A DNA stretch of 64,000 bases from a virus, in the IMG/VR virus record IMGVR_UViG_3300033182_000595, positions 16,763-80,762 of that record. One strand, given 5' to 3'. The notes beneath the pieces are model-generated. The model ran no database searches. It was given only the letters and a program-made list of their open reading frames with translations, and had not been told where the DNA came from. Numbering within the stretch: position 1 is the stretch's first letter; each line of letters begins with the position of its first letter. Positions 26,914-35,416 of this stretch are shown one piece after another. The position numbers and the translations under genes were made by a program.

Positions 26914-27151
26914 TCTGACCTTTGTTGTTCGGGGGAACCTGCGCAATATGGGGTGGATTGTACGATCCCAAGGTCCATTGGGGGAAGGTCCTGTCGGCCC
27001 TAGACTTGCGAAAGGTACGAGATTCCCGTTTGAGATTGGAGTTGATTTTGACTCTAAAGCAGATGCGGAAAGAGCCGCCGAAGAGTGGGAGAAGTGGTAT
27101 TATTCTCAGCCATATCTAAAGAAGAAAAGACCGAATAAGTATATTGCATGA
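26906..27151 (+). CDS. Hypothetical protein
   Basis: Coupled ORF. Confidence 0.5.
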   Translation: MNDLTFVVRGNLRNMGWIVRSQGPLGEGPVGPRLAKGTRFPFEIGVDFDSKADAERAAEEWEKWYYSQPYLKKKRPNKYIA

Positions 27152-27155
27152 ATCC

Positions 27156-27177
27156 GTAACACGAATTAAAATGTAAC
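27156..27177 (+). promoter_or_regulatory. Operator-like motif inside promoter TTGCAT(27144)-17 bp-TAAAAT(27167)
   Basis: GTAAC-acgaattaaaat-GTAAC. Confidence 0.7.
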
Positions 27178-27295
27178 ATGTGAGCCATGTGCAGAACGAG
27201 CTAAGATGGATAATCGCACTAACATTATTCTTCTTAGAGCGAGACCTGATCTTGGACACAATGTTCGCACTAATTGAAATCGTACTCACATTCCT

Positions 27296-27430
27296 ATGAA
27301 GAAAAAAGCAAAGTCTAAGAAGGACGCGTGTTACCATAAGGTAAAGCGTAGCTATAAGGTATTTCCGAGTGCGTATGCTAGTGGTGCGATCGCTAAGTGC
27401 CGGAAGAAGAGAGCGGGGAAGAAGAAGTGA
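27296..27430 (+). CDS. Small Lys-rich protein (44 aa)
   Basis: MKKKAKSKKDACYHKVK...PSAYASGAIAKCRKK. Confidence 0.6.
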   Translation: MKKKAKSKKDACYHKVKRSYKVFPSAYASGAIAKCRKKRAGKKK

Positions 27431-27431
27431 T

Positions 27432-27671
27432 ATGGCAGTTCGTAAAGGCAAAGCTGGGGCAAATCTTAAACGCTGGTTTAAGGAGAAGTGGACTGATCAA
27501 AATGGACGTCCTTGCGGTAATAAAAAAACTAAGGGAGTCAAGAAGTGTCGCCCCAGTAAGAAGATTTCAAAATCAACCCCCAAAACATGGAAACAGGTTG
27601 GCAAAAAGAAAAAGGCGCTCGTTGCTGAAAAAAGGAAAGTAGGCATGGGTCGCAGAACAAAGAAAGCGTAA
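27432..27671 (+). CDS. Small basic protein
   Basis: LKRWFKEKW...CG...CRP...TPKT motif. Confidence 0.65.
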   Translation: MAVRKGKAGANLKRWFKEKWTDQNGRPCGNKKTKGVKKCRPSKKISKSTPKTWKQVGKKKKALVAEKRKVGMGRRTKKA

Positions 27672-27673
27672 TT

Positions 27674-27814
27674 ATGCACTGTAAAGGAAAGAAAAAAGGA
27701 AAGACTCAGGTAAAGAGCTACTCAATGACTAAGAAGGCATTTAAACCATGCAGTAAGTGCAAGATGCCAGCTAAGTGTAAGAAGGCAGGTAAATGCCTAC
27801 TTCATAAACATTAA
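27674..27814 (+). CDS. Small Lys/Cys-rich protein (46 aa)
   Basis: FKPCSKCKMPAKCKKAGKC. Confidence 0.55.
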   Translation: MHCKGKKKGKTQVKSYSMTKKAFKPCSKCKMPAKCKKAGKCLLHKH

Positions 27815-27816
27815 AG

Positions 27817-28173
27817 ATGGCTACTGAGATCGGAGAGAACGTCCAGGTAAAATCAAACCTTCAATTTGTTTTGAAGGTAATCGCTGTGTGCGGTGGTTTG
27901 GTCTGGGGGTACTCCGTGATATTTCACAAACTTAATGAGTTGGATAACGGACTGAGTAGAGTGCAACACGAGGGTACGATGCTTGGAGATCTCGGTGCCA
28001 GGATGATGCATCTCGAGAAATTTGCCGAGCAATCAAAGGGAGACCTGGATCATTTAATGAGCCTACAGGACACACCAATCACTTCCGATCACCAACAATT
28101 TGAGCGACTTAAGTATCTTGAAAAGGAACTAGACAGATTGCGTGACAAAGTAGAAAACCATTTAACAAAATAA
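27817..28173 (+). CDS. Membrane-anchored coiled-coil protein
   Basis: One N-terminal TM helix followed by heptads. Confidence 0.55.
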   Translation: MATEIGENVQVKSNLQFVLKVIAVCGGLVWGYSVIFHKLNELDNGLSRVQHEGTMLGDLGARMMHLEKFAEQSKGDLDHLMSLQDTPITSDHQQFERLKYLEKELDRLRDKVENHLTK

Positions 28174-28177
28174 CATC

Positions 28178-28429
28178 ATGGCCAAACCAGCAAAAGGTAA
28201 GCGATTCGCAAAAGTAGTTACTAATCCCAAAACTGGGCGTAAGCGCAAAGTATCTTACGGACAAGCAGGGAAAGCAAAAGGTGGCGGGGACAGAATACGT
28301 CCGGGCACAAAGAAAGGTGATGCCTACTGCGCTCGATCTGCTGGTATTAAGAAGTGTAAGAACCCACCATGTGCTAATGACTTATCCCGTAAGAAGTGGA
28401 AGTGTCGTGGAAAGAAGTCCATGCGATGA
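28178..28429 (+). CDS. Small basic protein
   Basis: KVSYGQAG...PGTKKGDAYCARS...SRKKWKC. Confidence 0.65.
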   Translation: MAKPAKGKRFAKVVTNPKTGRKRKVSYGQAGKAKGGGDRIRPGTKKGDAYCARSAGIKKCKNPPCANDLSRKKWKCRGKKSMR

Positions 28430-28560
28430 GTGATTGTTGTTCATGCTGTAAAAAGAAGGCTAAGAAAGCCAAGAAGGCTATGACTCCTAAGTCATGGAAG
28501 GGTAAGTCTGTAGATATCGAACTGGCTAAAACTGCATATAAAAATGGCAAGCGAGCATAA
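28426..28560 (+). CDS. Small Cys/Lys-rich protein (44 aa)
   Basis: MSDCCSCCKKKAKKAKK; ATGA overlap. Confidence 0.45.
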   Translation: MSDCCSCCKKKAKKAKKAMTPKSWKGKSVDIELAKTAYKNGKRA

Positions 28561-28750
28561 AGATGATCTACCCGTTATTAAAATCACTTCTGAAGAGGAG
28601 GAAGTCTTTGTTAAACTTGGGCTTGAAATGGAGGATTCCACACATGACATGCTTGTTAAGTGGGGAAAAGAGGAAGCCACTGATGAGGACTATATAAATA
28701 TAGCATTCAGGAAAGCATTGGAAAACACATTAGATGAAAGCTCTAAGTAA
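28544..28750 (+). CDS. Hypothetical protein, possible ribbon-helix-helix
   Basis: VKLGLEM strand followed by two helices. Confidence 0.45.
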   Translation: MASEHKDDLPVIKITSEEEEVFVKLGLEMEDSTHDMLVKWGKEEATDEDYINIAFRKALENTLDESSK

Positions 28751-29993
28751 TTTATACGAAAATAAGTCCGACACTGAGGTGCCAAGCTACTTCCTGTCTA
28801 ATATTGGCGCTCTTACCAGTATGATGGTAAACTCAATGAGGAATATCAATAACGCCGCATTGAATGCTAAAATCGACGCAGATAATCCAAATAATGATGC
28901 AGAGTTAGAAAAAGCGGCGCTTGCTAAAGCCGCCGCAGAAATGGATGCCTACTCAAATAGGCAAAGTATTGCTAATAATCCAAATCTACCAAACGCTAAG
29001 CCTCACTATTATATAGACAGCCTTGACGATCAGCGTGGTTTGTATGCCATGATGAACCCCGGCAAGGAGATTTACCATATAGATAGTATGGATAAAGCTA
29101 GGAGTCTCTTCGGGCTACTTAATCCAGGTGCAGAGTACATAACCTCAACAGAGCATATGTGGGATGACTATGTAAGAAGGAATCCTGACCTCATGAGGGT
29201 TGCGCAAGACCCTGGTAATAAAAGTATTGGTGGGGGTAACTGGTTGCGTGGGATAACTTCTTTAGCAGACCTAGGGCAAAGACATTATACTAGACATGGT
29301 GCAAGAGAGGGCAGGGGATTAAGGAGTCCAAACACAATGTATTTAAATGGTCAGAAAGTAGACCCTAGTCAATTACCCGAGGTGGGTGGTTATTACTTTA
29401 AGGATGGATCTCGTTTTACCAATGACATGCTTCCTAGCTATGGATACTATGATGAGAACTACAATCAGGTAGCTCCCGAGAAAAATAGTGCGTTGTTATC
29501 AATAATGGCAAATGCACAGAATCCTGACGCACCACGGCAAGAGTTCTATGATCCAGTGAAGTATCCAGAGATGGAGAACATGAATCCAATAGCCAAAAGG
29601 AATATGTCTCTTAGGAATAATGTAAGTAGGCGTGCCCCCGAAGCAGTATATGCAAATAATTACCTGGAGTGGCTAAAGGGACAACCTGAGCTAATGGATG
29701 ACTTTGAGTTAAACTTCAATATGTCCAACCACTACGGGGAAACAGATGCAGAGAAGATGCGTGGACTGATGTCCATGTTCGCTAAGGCAAAATACGACGA
29801 GGGGGTAGGGAATAGGGAAATGCCCCAGTACCGAATGGAGCAGAAACTGAATATTAAGGACAGGTATGATGGAAACTACAAAGATATCATGAGTAGATTA
29901 TACCAGCCTGTTTCTGGTACTAGATCTGAGAGAAATTTAGGTGGAACAAATAAAGCAAGAGGACTTGCCGCACTGCTTAGTGCAATGGGATGA
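28734..29993 (+). CDS. Hypothetical protein, probable internal virion protein
   Basis: N-terminal DTEVPSY motif; internal repeat Y(Y/H)IDS.D..R.L...NPG; HY.RHG.REGR. Confidence 0.5.
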   Translation: MKALSNLYENKSDTEVPSYFLSNIGALTSMMVNSMRNINNAALNAKIDADNPNNDAELEKAALAKAAAEMDAYSNRQSIANNPNLPNAKPHYYIDSLDDQRGLYAMMNPGKEIYHIDSMDKARSLFGLLNPGAEYITSTEHMWDDYVRRNPDLMRVAQDPGNKSIGGGNWLRGITSLADLGQRHYTRHGAREGRGLRSPNTMYLNGQKVDPSQLPEVGGYYFKDGSRFTNDMLPSYGYYDENYNQVAPEKNSALLSIMANAQNPDAPRQEFYDPVKYPEMENMNPIAKRNMSLRNNVSRRAPEAVYANNYLEWLKGQPELMDDFELNFNMSNHYGETDAEKMRGLMSMFAKAKYDEGVGNREMPQYRMEQKLNIKDRYDGNYKDIMSRLYQPVSGTRSERNLGGTNKARGLAALLSAMG

Positions 29994-30238
29994 AGGCAGA
30001 ACACCTTGAGGCAAAACGATATCTTTTCACCAGTTCACTAAATCCTGATAATGTCCACCTTGTAGATATGGACGAGTTTGATGGATACGGCGAGTGCTCT
30101 TGCGAGCACTTCGCCTTTAAATTGTATCCTCGACTTAGGCTTCGGAAGCGACCTCTTGCTCCTGCTTGTCGCCATCTTCGGCGGGCTCGCCGGATTCTGA
30201 AGCTTGCTGAGCAGCTTGAGCTTTCGCGCCAGCTGTAA
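29990..30238 (+). CDS. SWIM-type zinc finger protein
   Basis: CSC...F...CRH. Confidence 0.6.
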   Translation: MKAEHLEAKRYLFTSSLNPDNVHLVDMDEFDGYGECSCEHFAFKLYPRLRLRKRPLAPACRHLRRARRILKLAEQLELSRQL

Positions 30239-30401
30239 CTCTTCCATACACTTCAAACTTCGCGATCTCGAAGTGACCAACTAGCTCACCAAGGGTAAGC
30301 TCTTGCTCTTGTGCCATTTTAAGACCTGTTGCAATGAGAACCTCTGCAATAGGTGCGGTTTTTTGTTCGTCGTCCGACGGTTTATTAGTTTCCTCGCTCA
30401 T
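30135..30401 (-). CDS. Hypothetical protein
   Basis: Last gene of the leftward operon. Confidence 0.5.
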   Translation of the reverse strand: MSEETNKPSDDEQKTAPIAEVLIATGLKMAQEQELTLGELVGHFEIAKFEVYGRVTAGAKAQAAQQASESGEPAEDGDKQEQEVASEA

Positions 30402-30497
30402 TTTTTATTTAGTACGTTGTCTAGTATTATTACCCCAGCGATAATGAATATCGCCCACATAAATATTTGTAGCATGTTGTATTGCTGAAGAAATGCC

Positions 30498-31277
30498 TCA
30501 ATCATTCAACTCCCTTACCTCTGGATATCCTTGTTCTAACTTTTCCTTATCTTTCTGCGGAGGCACAAACTTAAGCCAGAACACGAACAGATACCTGTCT
30601 CCCGATTTTAAAGGCAAACCCCTATGTAAATTACTAAAGGTAGGGAATATCAATCCGTGACCATTAGGTAGTGGATCTACCTCACCTTTTCTCCAAAACT
30701 CAGTACCACCACCTTCATATTCACCCGTATTTAACGGTACAACCATGGTGATATCTGCACTACCATCGTGATGCCATGCAGTTTGGGTTATTTCCTTCGG
30801 ATTGTAGTTAGCTAATTGAATAATCCCTGTGTTTACTCTTCTATTGAAAATAGTTTCAAATATAGGGTTAATCTTTGCGTAAATTAGCTGAAACATTGAG
30901 CGATACCAACCAGGAGCATTGTTAGCTAATACAAACTCCTCGATCTGTACCTCCTTCTCCTCTTCCTCGTTTACTTTAAACCCATTAGTGGCCTTGATGT
31001 TATTGATTTCATCGACCATTACCTGGCAAAACATGTCACTAAATAATGGCACAGAGAATACATCCGGTAGATGTTCCTTAACATGTGACAATACAGGAAA
31101 GTCTTCAGGTTTTGCTATATTTCTAAATTCTGTATCGTCTACAAATTTCTTAAGTATAGGCTTAGTCGCTTCAATATCCTTACTTAATTCAGGATTCAAC
31201 ATCCACTCGGCGGGAACGAGGAGAAGGTGGTTCTTCATCACATAGTTACCCGATTCCTCTAGGTAGGATAAGTTCAT
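30498..31277 (-). CDS. 2OG-Fe(II) oxygenase, lysyl-hydroxylase (PLOD C-terminal)-like
   Basis: HHD, YEGGGT.F, H.GLP..SG.RY..V.W; upstream VF..PLF...FC. Confidence 0.8.
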   Translation of the reverse strand: MNLSYLEESGNYVMKNHLLLVPAEWMLNPELSKDIEATKPILKKFVDDTEFRNIAKPEDFPVLSHVKEHLPDVFSVPLFSDMFCQVMVDEINNIKATNGFKVNEEEEKEVQIEEFVLANNAPGWYRSMFQLIYAKINPIFETIFNRRVNTGIIQLANYNPKEITQTAWHHDGSADITMVVPLNTGEYEGGGTEFWRKGEVDPLPNGHGLIFPTFSNLHRGLPLKSGDRYLFVFWLKFVPPQKDKEKLEQGYPEVRELND

Positions 31278-31444
31278 TTGATTGCCCTAATTATTGCCTG
31301 AGCACCCTCTGTGTTTTTAGTGATTATTACCTCACCGCCAACTAAAAGGATCTTCCAGAATTGATCCCTTTGCTTCACATAAACCACATTGCGTGGATTT
31401 ATGTAATACCTTTCAGCGTTCTGATCTTCTATGCTAATACCCAT
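31274..31444 (-). CDS. Small FlbD-like protein
   Basis: YYINPRNVVYV pattern. Confidence 0.4.
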   Translation of the reverse strand: MGISIEDQNAERYYINPRNVVYVKQRDQFWKILLVGGEVIITKNTEGAQAIIRAIK

Positions 31445-31725
31445 TATACCAAATATCCTTTCTCTCTCGCCCAAATGGGCTCTCTGTGAATCTTATCATG
31501 ACAACCTCTGCATGTTGATAACCAGGTATCTATTTCAAGATAGTGCTTCCCCCGTCCCGCCTTGTGGTGGATGTCTGTCGACTTTGCCTTCATACACACT
31601 TCGCAAATAGGTAACTTTTCCAAAAATTCCTCTCTCAGGATCCCATACTCCTTCATTTCTTTGGATCGACGCTTCGATACACGCTTTAATGGAGTTTTTC
31701 TCTTTAGCGGACCGGAACGCTTCAT
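31444..31725 (-). CDS. HNH endonuclease
   Basis: CEVC...DIHH...CRGCHDKIH. Confidence 0.75.
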   Translation of the reverse strand: MKRSGPLKRKTPLKRVSKRRSKEMKEYGILREEFLEKLPICEVCMKAKSTDIHHKAGRGKHYLEIDTWLSTCRGCHDKIHREPIWAREKGYLV

Positions 31726-31813
31726 TGTTCATCCGAATTATTGTCTCTAGGTCCCACATATAACCACGCCATAAATAAGGTAAGAATTAAGAAGAAAAGA
31801 ATTGCCCACATCC

Positions 31814-31835
31814 GTCACACGATTTTATGTGTTAC
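31814..31835 (+). promoter_or_regulatory. Operator-like motif
   Basis: GTCAC-acgattttatgt-GTTAC. Confidence 0.7.
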
Positions 31836-31838
31836 ATT

Positions 31839-32039
31839 ATGATTGATGTCAACCCCGATATGGTGGAAAAGGAGACCGAGATTTGCCTGGCTTTAGCTCG
31901 TTTTTACGACTCACCGCTTCCATCCCGCCACGAAAGAATACCCGAGATAAGCGACCCCACACCAAAAGAGTGCGCCACAGAGGACGCACCCGTTTGGGTA
32001 GAGAAAAGACAAATCGAAATCCATATCGAAGAATCCTAA
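31839..32039 (+). CDS. Hypothetical protein
   Basis: ATG 3 nt after the operator motif; lone plus-strand ORF in a gap. Confidence 0.4.
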   Translation: MIDVNPDMVEKETEICLALARFYDSPLPSRHERIPEISDPTPKECATEDAPVWVEKRQIEIHIEES

Positions 32040-32395
32040 AAGCCTGGGCCTTCATCCATTTTCTCCTGTGGTTTTTCGTTCCGGTTATCGAGAAGGTCAA
32101 AGTCCTCTAGTATGTTCCGGTAGTTCTGAACCTTGTTTCCGTTCTTATCTTCGTAGTCATCCTGTATAAAGGTTCCACGAACATGAACATTTTTTCCTTT
32201 CTTGAAGTACTTTAAGATATGCTCGTTTCTATATTCCGACCATGATTCCCATTTTGTAAAGGTTGCAATGTTTTCTCCTTTTCTTTTCTTATTAAATGCG
32301 ACTCGGAATTTAACCAAGCTACCGCCACCCGTTTTCACCTCTTCGGCGTCTGCTACGACCGTTCCGAATACAGAGACTAATCCATTACCATTCAT
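32036..32395 (-). CDS. ssb: Single-stranded DNA-binding protein
   Basis: OB-fold pattern (G....D.E, F.VA, KG..V.V.G....Y.DK.G) and acidic tail ending in F. Confidence 0.85.
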   Translation of the reverse strand: MNGNGLVSVFGTVVADAEEVKTGGGSLVKFRVAFNKKRKGENIATFTKWESWSEYRNEHILKYFKKGKNVHVRGTFIQDDYEDKNGNKVQNYRNILEDFDLLDNRNEKPQEKMDEGPGF

Positions 32396-32422
32396 ATTGT
32401 ATTACGTATTTTATTGTTATTG

Positions 32423-32707
32423 TTAGAAGAGACTCATCTGAGCCTCATTGAAAACCATTACTTGCCTGACTGTTTTTCCAGTTAGTGGGCACTTTACATT
32501 TCCCACTTCTTCCACATGTCCCGACTTAATAAGTTCGGTTATCCGAGGTCTTACTGAGTTCATATCAGTCAGTCCCATCTCGTCCTTAACTTCTCTGTCG
32601 GTCATCTTTCTGGATGACTTGTAAAGTGTCAGATAGATCTCTTTTCTTCTCCCGCTTAGTTCAGGCTTAATCTCATCGTAGGATGCCTTACTGTTTGCGT
32701 GGATCAT
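32423..32707 (-). CDS. Winged-HTH DNA-binding protein
   Basis: TDRE......MNSVRPRITEL...G.V. Confidence 0.65.
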   Translation of the reverse strand: MIHANSKASYDEIKPELSGRRKEIYLTLYKSSRKMTDREVKDEMGLTDMNSVRPRITELIKSGHVEEVGNVKCPLTGKTVRQVMVFNEAQMSLF

Positions 32708-32827
32708 TCTTAGCCTCCATTTGTCTAGTTGCTAGATATCTTACCTGGGCACGGTTGCGCTTACCCCGTAACCCACCGAATGCACCTTTTGTCTGATGCC
32801 CGCCTTTTGATTGCTTACTCTTACTGC

Positions 32828-34222
32828 TCATAGTCTATTATCATCTCTGTTATAAAGTGGGTTTGATTTCCTTTCTGAGATTCCGTCATTAAGTGAGTGT
32901 TCCCTTAGTTCGATAAACCTCTGTGATTTTGGCATGAACTTTACTCGCTTTCCTGAGTGACCTGTTCCACCGAATCGATTCTTTGCCACGATGATTGATG
33001 TGGTCTGTTTATCGTCCGCTAGGAGATCTCGGTGAAGGAGAAGAACGACATCTGCATCCTGTTCGATCTGACCTGATTCACGAAGATCGTGAAGTTGTGG
33101 CTCTGCCCCCTTTTTTACGGAATCTCTGTTTAACTGACAGATTAAGAAGACAGGGATATTCAATTCCTTGGCTAATTGCTTTGCCATCCTACTGATCTCT
33201 GCGACTTGTTGTTCTCGAGCGATCCTTGAGTCCTCTGGTTTAACCAATCCAAGGTAATCAATAACAATGCAGTCGAGCCCCTCCTTGCGGTGCATGATGC
33301 GAGCAGTTGTTCTGATATTGCTCATGCTTGATCCGGCAAAGTCATCAATGAAGATAGGGAGGTTTTGGCACGCCTCGATATGCATGATTAACTTCTCTGC
33401 ATTGTGCTTATTCAGCGTGTCATCACTCGTTTTGTATGGGAGTCCATGCTCATCCTCTTGGGAACGAATTAGACCAAGTTTCTCCCAAAGCGACTCAGCC
33501 TTCATCTCCAATGAAAAGAATAATGTTTTCTTTCCCTGAAGTGCGGCGTGGTAGATGTTGTTGAGTACGATTGTGGTCTTACCTACGGCTGGACGAGCGG
33601 CAACCACAACAAGGTGGTTGTCCTTAAATCCTCCCGCTAGAACCATTTTTAACCATGGTAGGCATGGCTCAATTCGGGCGGGTCCTTGGCTGAGAGTTTT
33701 TCTGATTTCAGATATCGTATCCTTGGTAAGATCAGCTGATCCTTTGAGTGTGCTACTCTTTGGTTTGATTAGTTCTTGCAGTTGCTTTTCTGAAGCTACC
33801 GCTAAGTCCATTGGGTCGTCCATGGGTGACGCATCCTTCACTTGCATGGAAAGATTTTCTCCGATTCTCACAAGGTCACGATATGCCTTGTTTTTAACAA
33901 TTCCATCTACCGCCGACTTGCCTTTGTGAAAGGTTGGTAGTTCGTGTGCCCCAAGAACAAATTCGTGGAACTGCGGATACATTTCATTAAACTCCTTGGG
34001 GAGTCTCTTGAAAGCTCCGAACATTCCAAATTCGCCTTCCTTTTCTGATTGAACGAATGCATTCCAATACGCTTGGCATGAAGCGTCCTCGAAATGATCC
34101 ATTGTTATTCCTTGCTCAAGTGCATAAGCGAAAAGCTTGTAGCACTCATCGTCCTCATATCTGAGGCATGAAATTAGTGACCTCTCTGAATCACATGAAG
34201 TCATAGTTACCACTTGGTTCAT
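32828..34222 (-). CDS. dnaB: Replicative DNA helicase
   Basis: AARPAVGKT, FSLEM, IDYLGL, QLNR, DLRESGQIEQDAD, KNRFG. Confidence 0.95.
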   Translation of the reverse strand: MNQVVTMTSCDSERSLISCLRYEDDECYKLFAYALEQGITMDHFEDASCQAYWNAFVQSEKEGEFGMFGAFKRLPKEFNEMYPQFHEFVLGAHELPTFHKGKSAVDGIVKNKAYRDLVRIGENLSMQVKDASPMDDPMDLAVASEKQLQELIKPKSSTLKGSADLTKDTISEIRKTLSQGPARIEPCLPWLKMVLAGGFKDNHLVVVAARPAVGKTTIVLNNIYHAALQGKKTLFFSLEMKAESLWEKLGLIRSQEDEHGLPYKTSDDTLNKHNAEKLIMHIEACQNLPIFIDDFAGSSMSNIRTTARIMHRKEGLDCIVIDYLGLVKPEDSRIAREQQVAEISRMAKQLAKELNIPVFLICQLNRDSVKKGAEPQLHDLRESGQIEQDADVVLLLHRDLLADDKQTTSIIVAKNRFGGTGHSGKRVKFMPKSQRFIELREHSLNDGISERKSNPLYNRDDNRL

Positions 34223-34691
34223 AAGTTTCCTCCGTTGTGTTTTTTCTTTCCCATCCGTGTCCTGCGATCCATCCCTGTGGATGCTTGTGCTTTGTGTCTG
34301 TCTTCTTGCAGTCGGCTAGGTAGTTGTTGTACGAGTCTGCCATTTCTTCGGCAGTCATTTTGGTTTCGAGAATTGCGTCCCAATGATCTCCGATCGACTT
34401 CACCAATGCCTGTGGCATTTCACAAAATTTTATGTGCTTGATGAAACCTTTAAAGAAAACATGCGAATCGCTTTTAGCGTCTTTAGATTTATCTAAAGAT
34501 AAATTCTCCTCTACTTCGTGCGTACGCGAGGGAGTGTCCACGTGCGGACACTTGGCATATTTTTTCAATCCTTGAATTACGAACATTTTTACCGCTTGTG
34601 CGGGCTGTAAATCATTGACATCACAATACCATTCCAAACGCCTTCTGAGGTCTCCCTTAAAGTTGACAGATGTCTTTAATGCTTCGCTCAT
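34191..34691 (-). CDS. Putative replication initiator (N-terminal RHH, C-terminal HP..W...W domain)
   Basis: Directly upstream of dnaB; KHPQGWI..HGW resembles phage initiator C-termini; palindromes within the linker. Confidence 0.55.
   Translation of the reverse strand: MSEALKTSVNFKGDLRRRLEWYCDVNDLQPAQAVKMFVIQGLKKYAKCPHVDTPSRTHEVEENLSLDKSKDAKSDSHVFFKGFIKHIKFCEMPQALVKSIGDHWDAILETKMTAEEMADSYNNYLADCKKTDTKHKHPQGWIAGHGWERKNTTEETYEPSGNYDFM
34480..34561. other. Candidate replication origin inside the initiator gene
   Basis: TCTTTAGAT-tt-ATCTAAAGA palindrome (34480-34499) and GTGTCC-N6-GGACACTTGG (34534-34555). Confidence 0.45.
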
Positions 34692-35026
34692 CTGCTCACT
34701 TCCACCCACGTTTCTTCTTTAGCGTACGAGGAGACCTTTTCTTGGCTGACCTCGAGCGTGATGGCTTTTGGATCGTCTTCTGGTATAATTCCCGCAATCC
34801 TGAGCGCATCGACGAGATGCTTGACTCCCCCAACCAAATTATCCGGGTCGCAAAGTCTGACGCGTTTGCTAACAATGCGGACTCGATGGCGAGGAGAACT
34901 TCCATATTCATGGAGCGTTTCTCCTTTAACCTCTCCCACTCGTTCATTCGTAGCAGAGTATTTAATGAAGGGGTTCTCTTCGCTATCCTGAGGGTTATTA
35001 TTTCTCCCGATTCCATCCTTACCCAT
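34688..35026 (-). CDS. RusA-like Holliday junction resolvase (catalytic C-terminal half)
   Basis: R..DPDNL.GG.K...DAL..AGII.EDD. Confidence 0.7.
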   Translation of the reverse strand: MGKDGIGRNNNPQDSEENPFIKYSATNERVGEVKGETLHEYGSSPRHRVRIVSKRVRLCDPDNLVGGVKHLVDALRIAGIIPEDDPKAITLEVSQEKVSSYAKEETWVEVSR

Positions 35027-35414
35027 GGTCTTTGATAATCGCAGGAGATTTAGGCTTCTCCTTGGCTACATTTGCGAGTCTCTGCTTAATATCCTTGCGG
35101 GCGTCCGCTTTTGATATTCCACGCTTGTCTGCCCACACCTGAACCATAGTTCCTTCGGTAAACCGACAGGCTTTAAGGAAATCATTCCATTGCAGTACAT
35201 TTGTACTCATTAGAATTTCCGCAACCTCGCACGCCTCGTAAGATGTTATCTTCCCACTATTGCGTAGTTTAAACCCTGGTATTGAGTTGGGATCTTCTTC
35301 CAACATCCGTTTAACCACGGCTTTAACTTGCTTAATAAATGCCTCCATAATAGGCACCAAATCCATAGCCTCCGATATCTGTTCGGGGCTATCCATCCAC
35401 TTTAAATCTTCCAT
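35019..35414 (-). CDS. DUF2800 C-terminal-like protein
   Basis: IPGFKL motif; follows the Cas4-like nuclease. Confidence 0.5.
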   Translation of the reverse strand: MEDLKWMDSPEQISEAMDLVPIMEAFIKQVKAVVKRMLEEDPNSIPGFKLRNSGKITSYEACEVAEILMSTNVLQWNDFLKACRFTEGTMVQVWADKRGISKADARKDIKQRLANVAKEKPKSPAIIKDHG

Positions 35415-35416
35415 AA

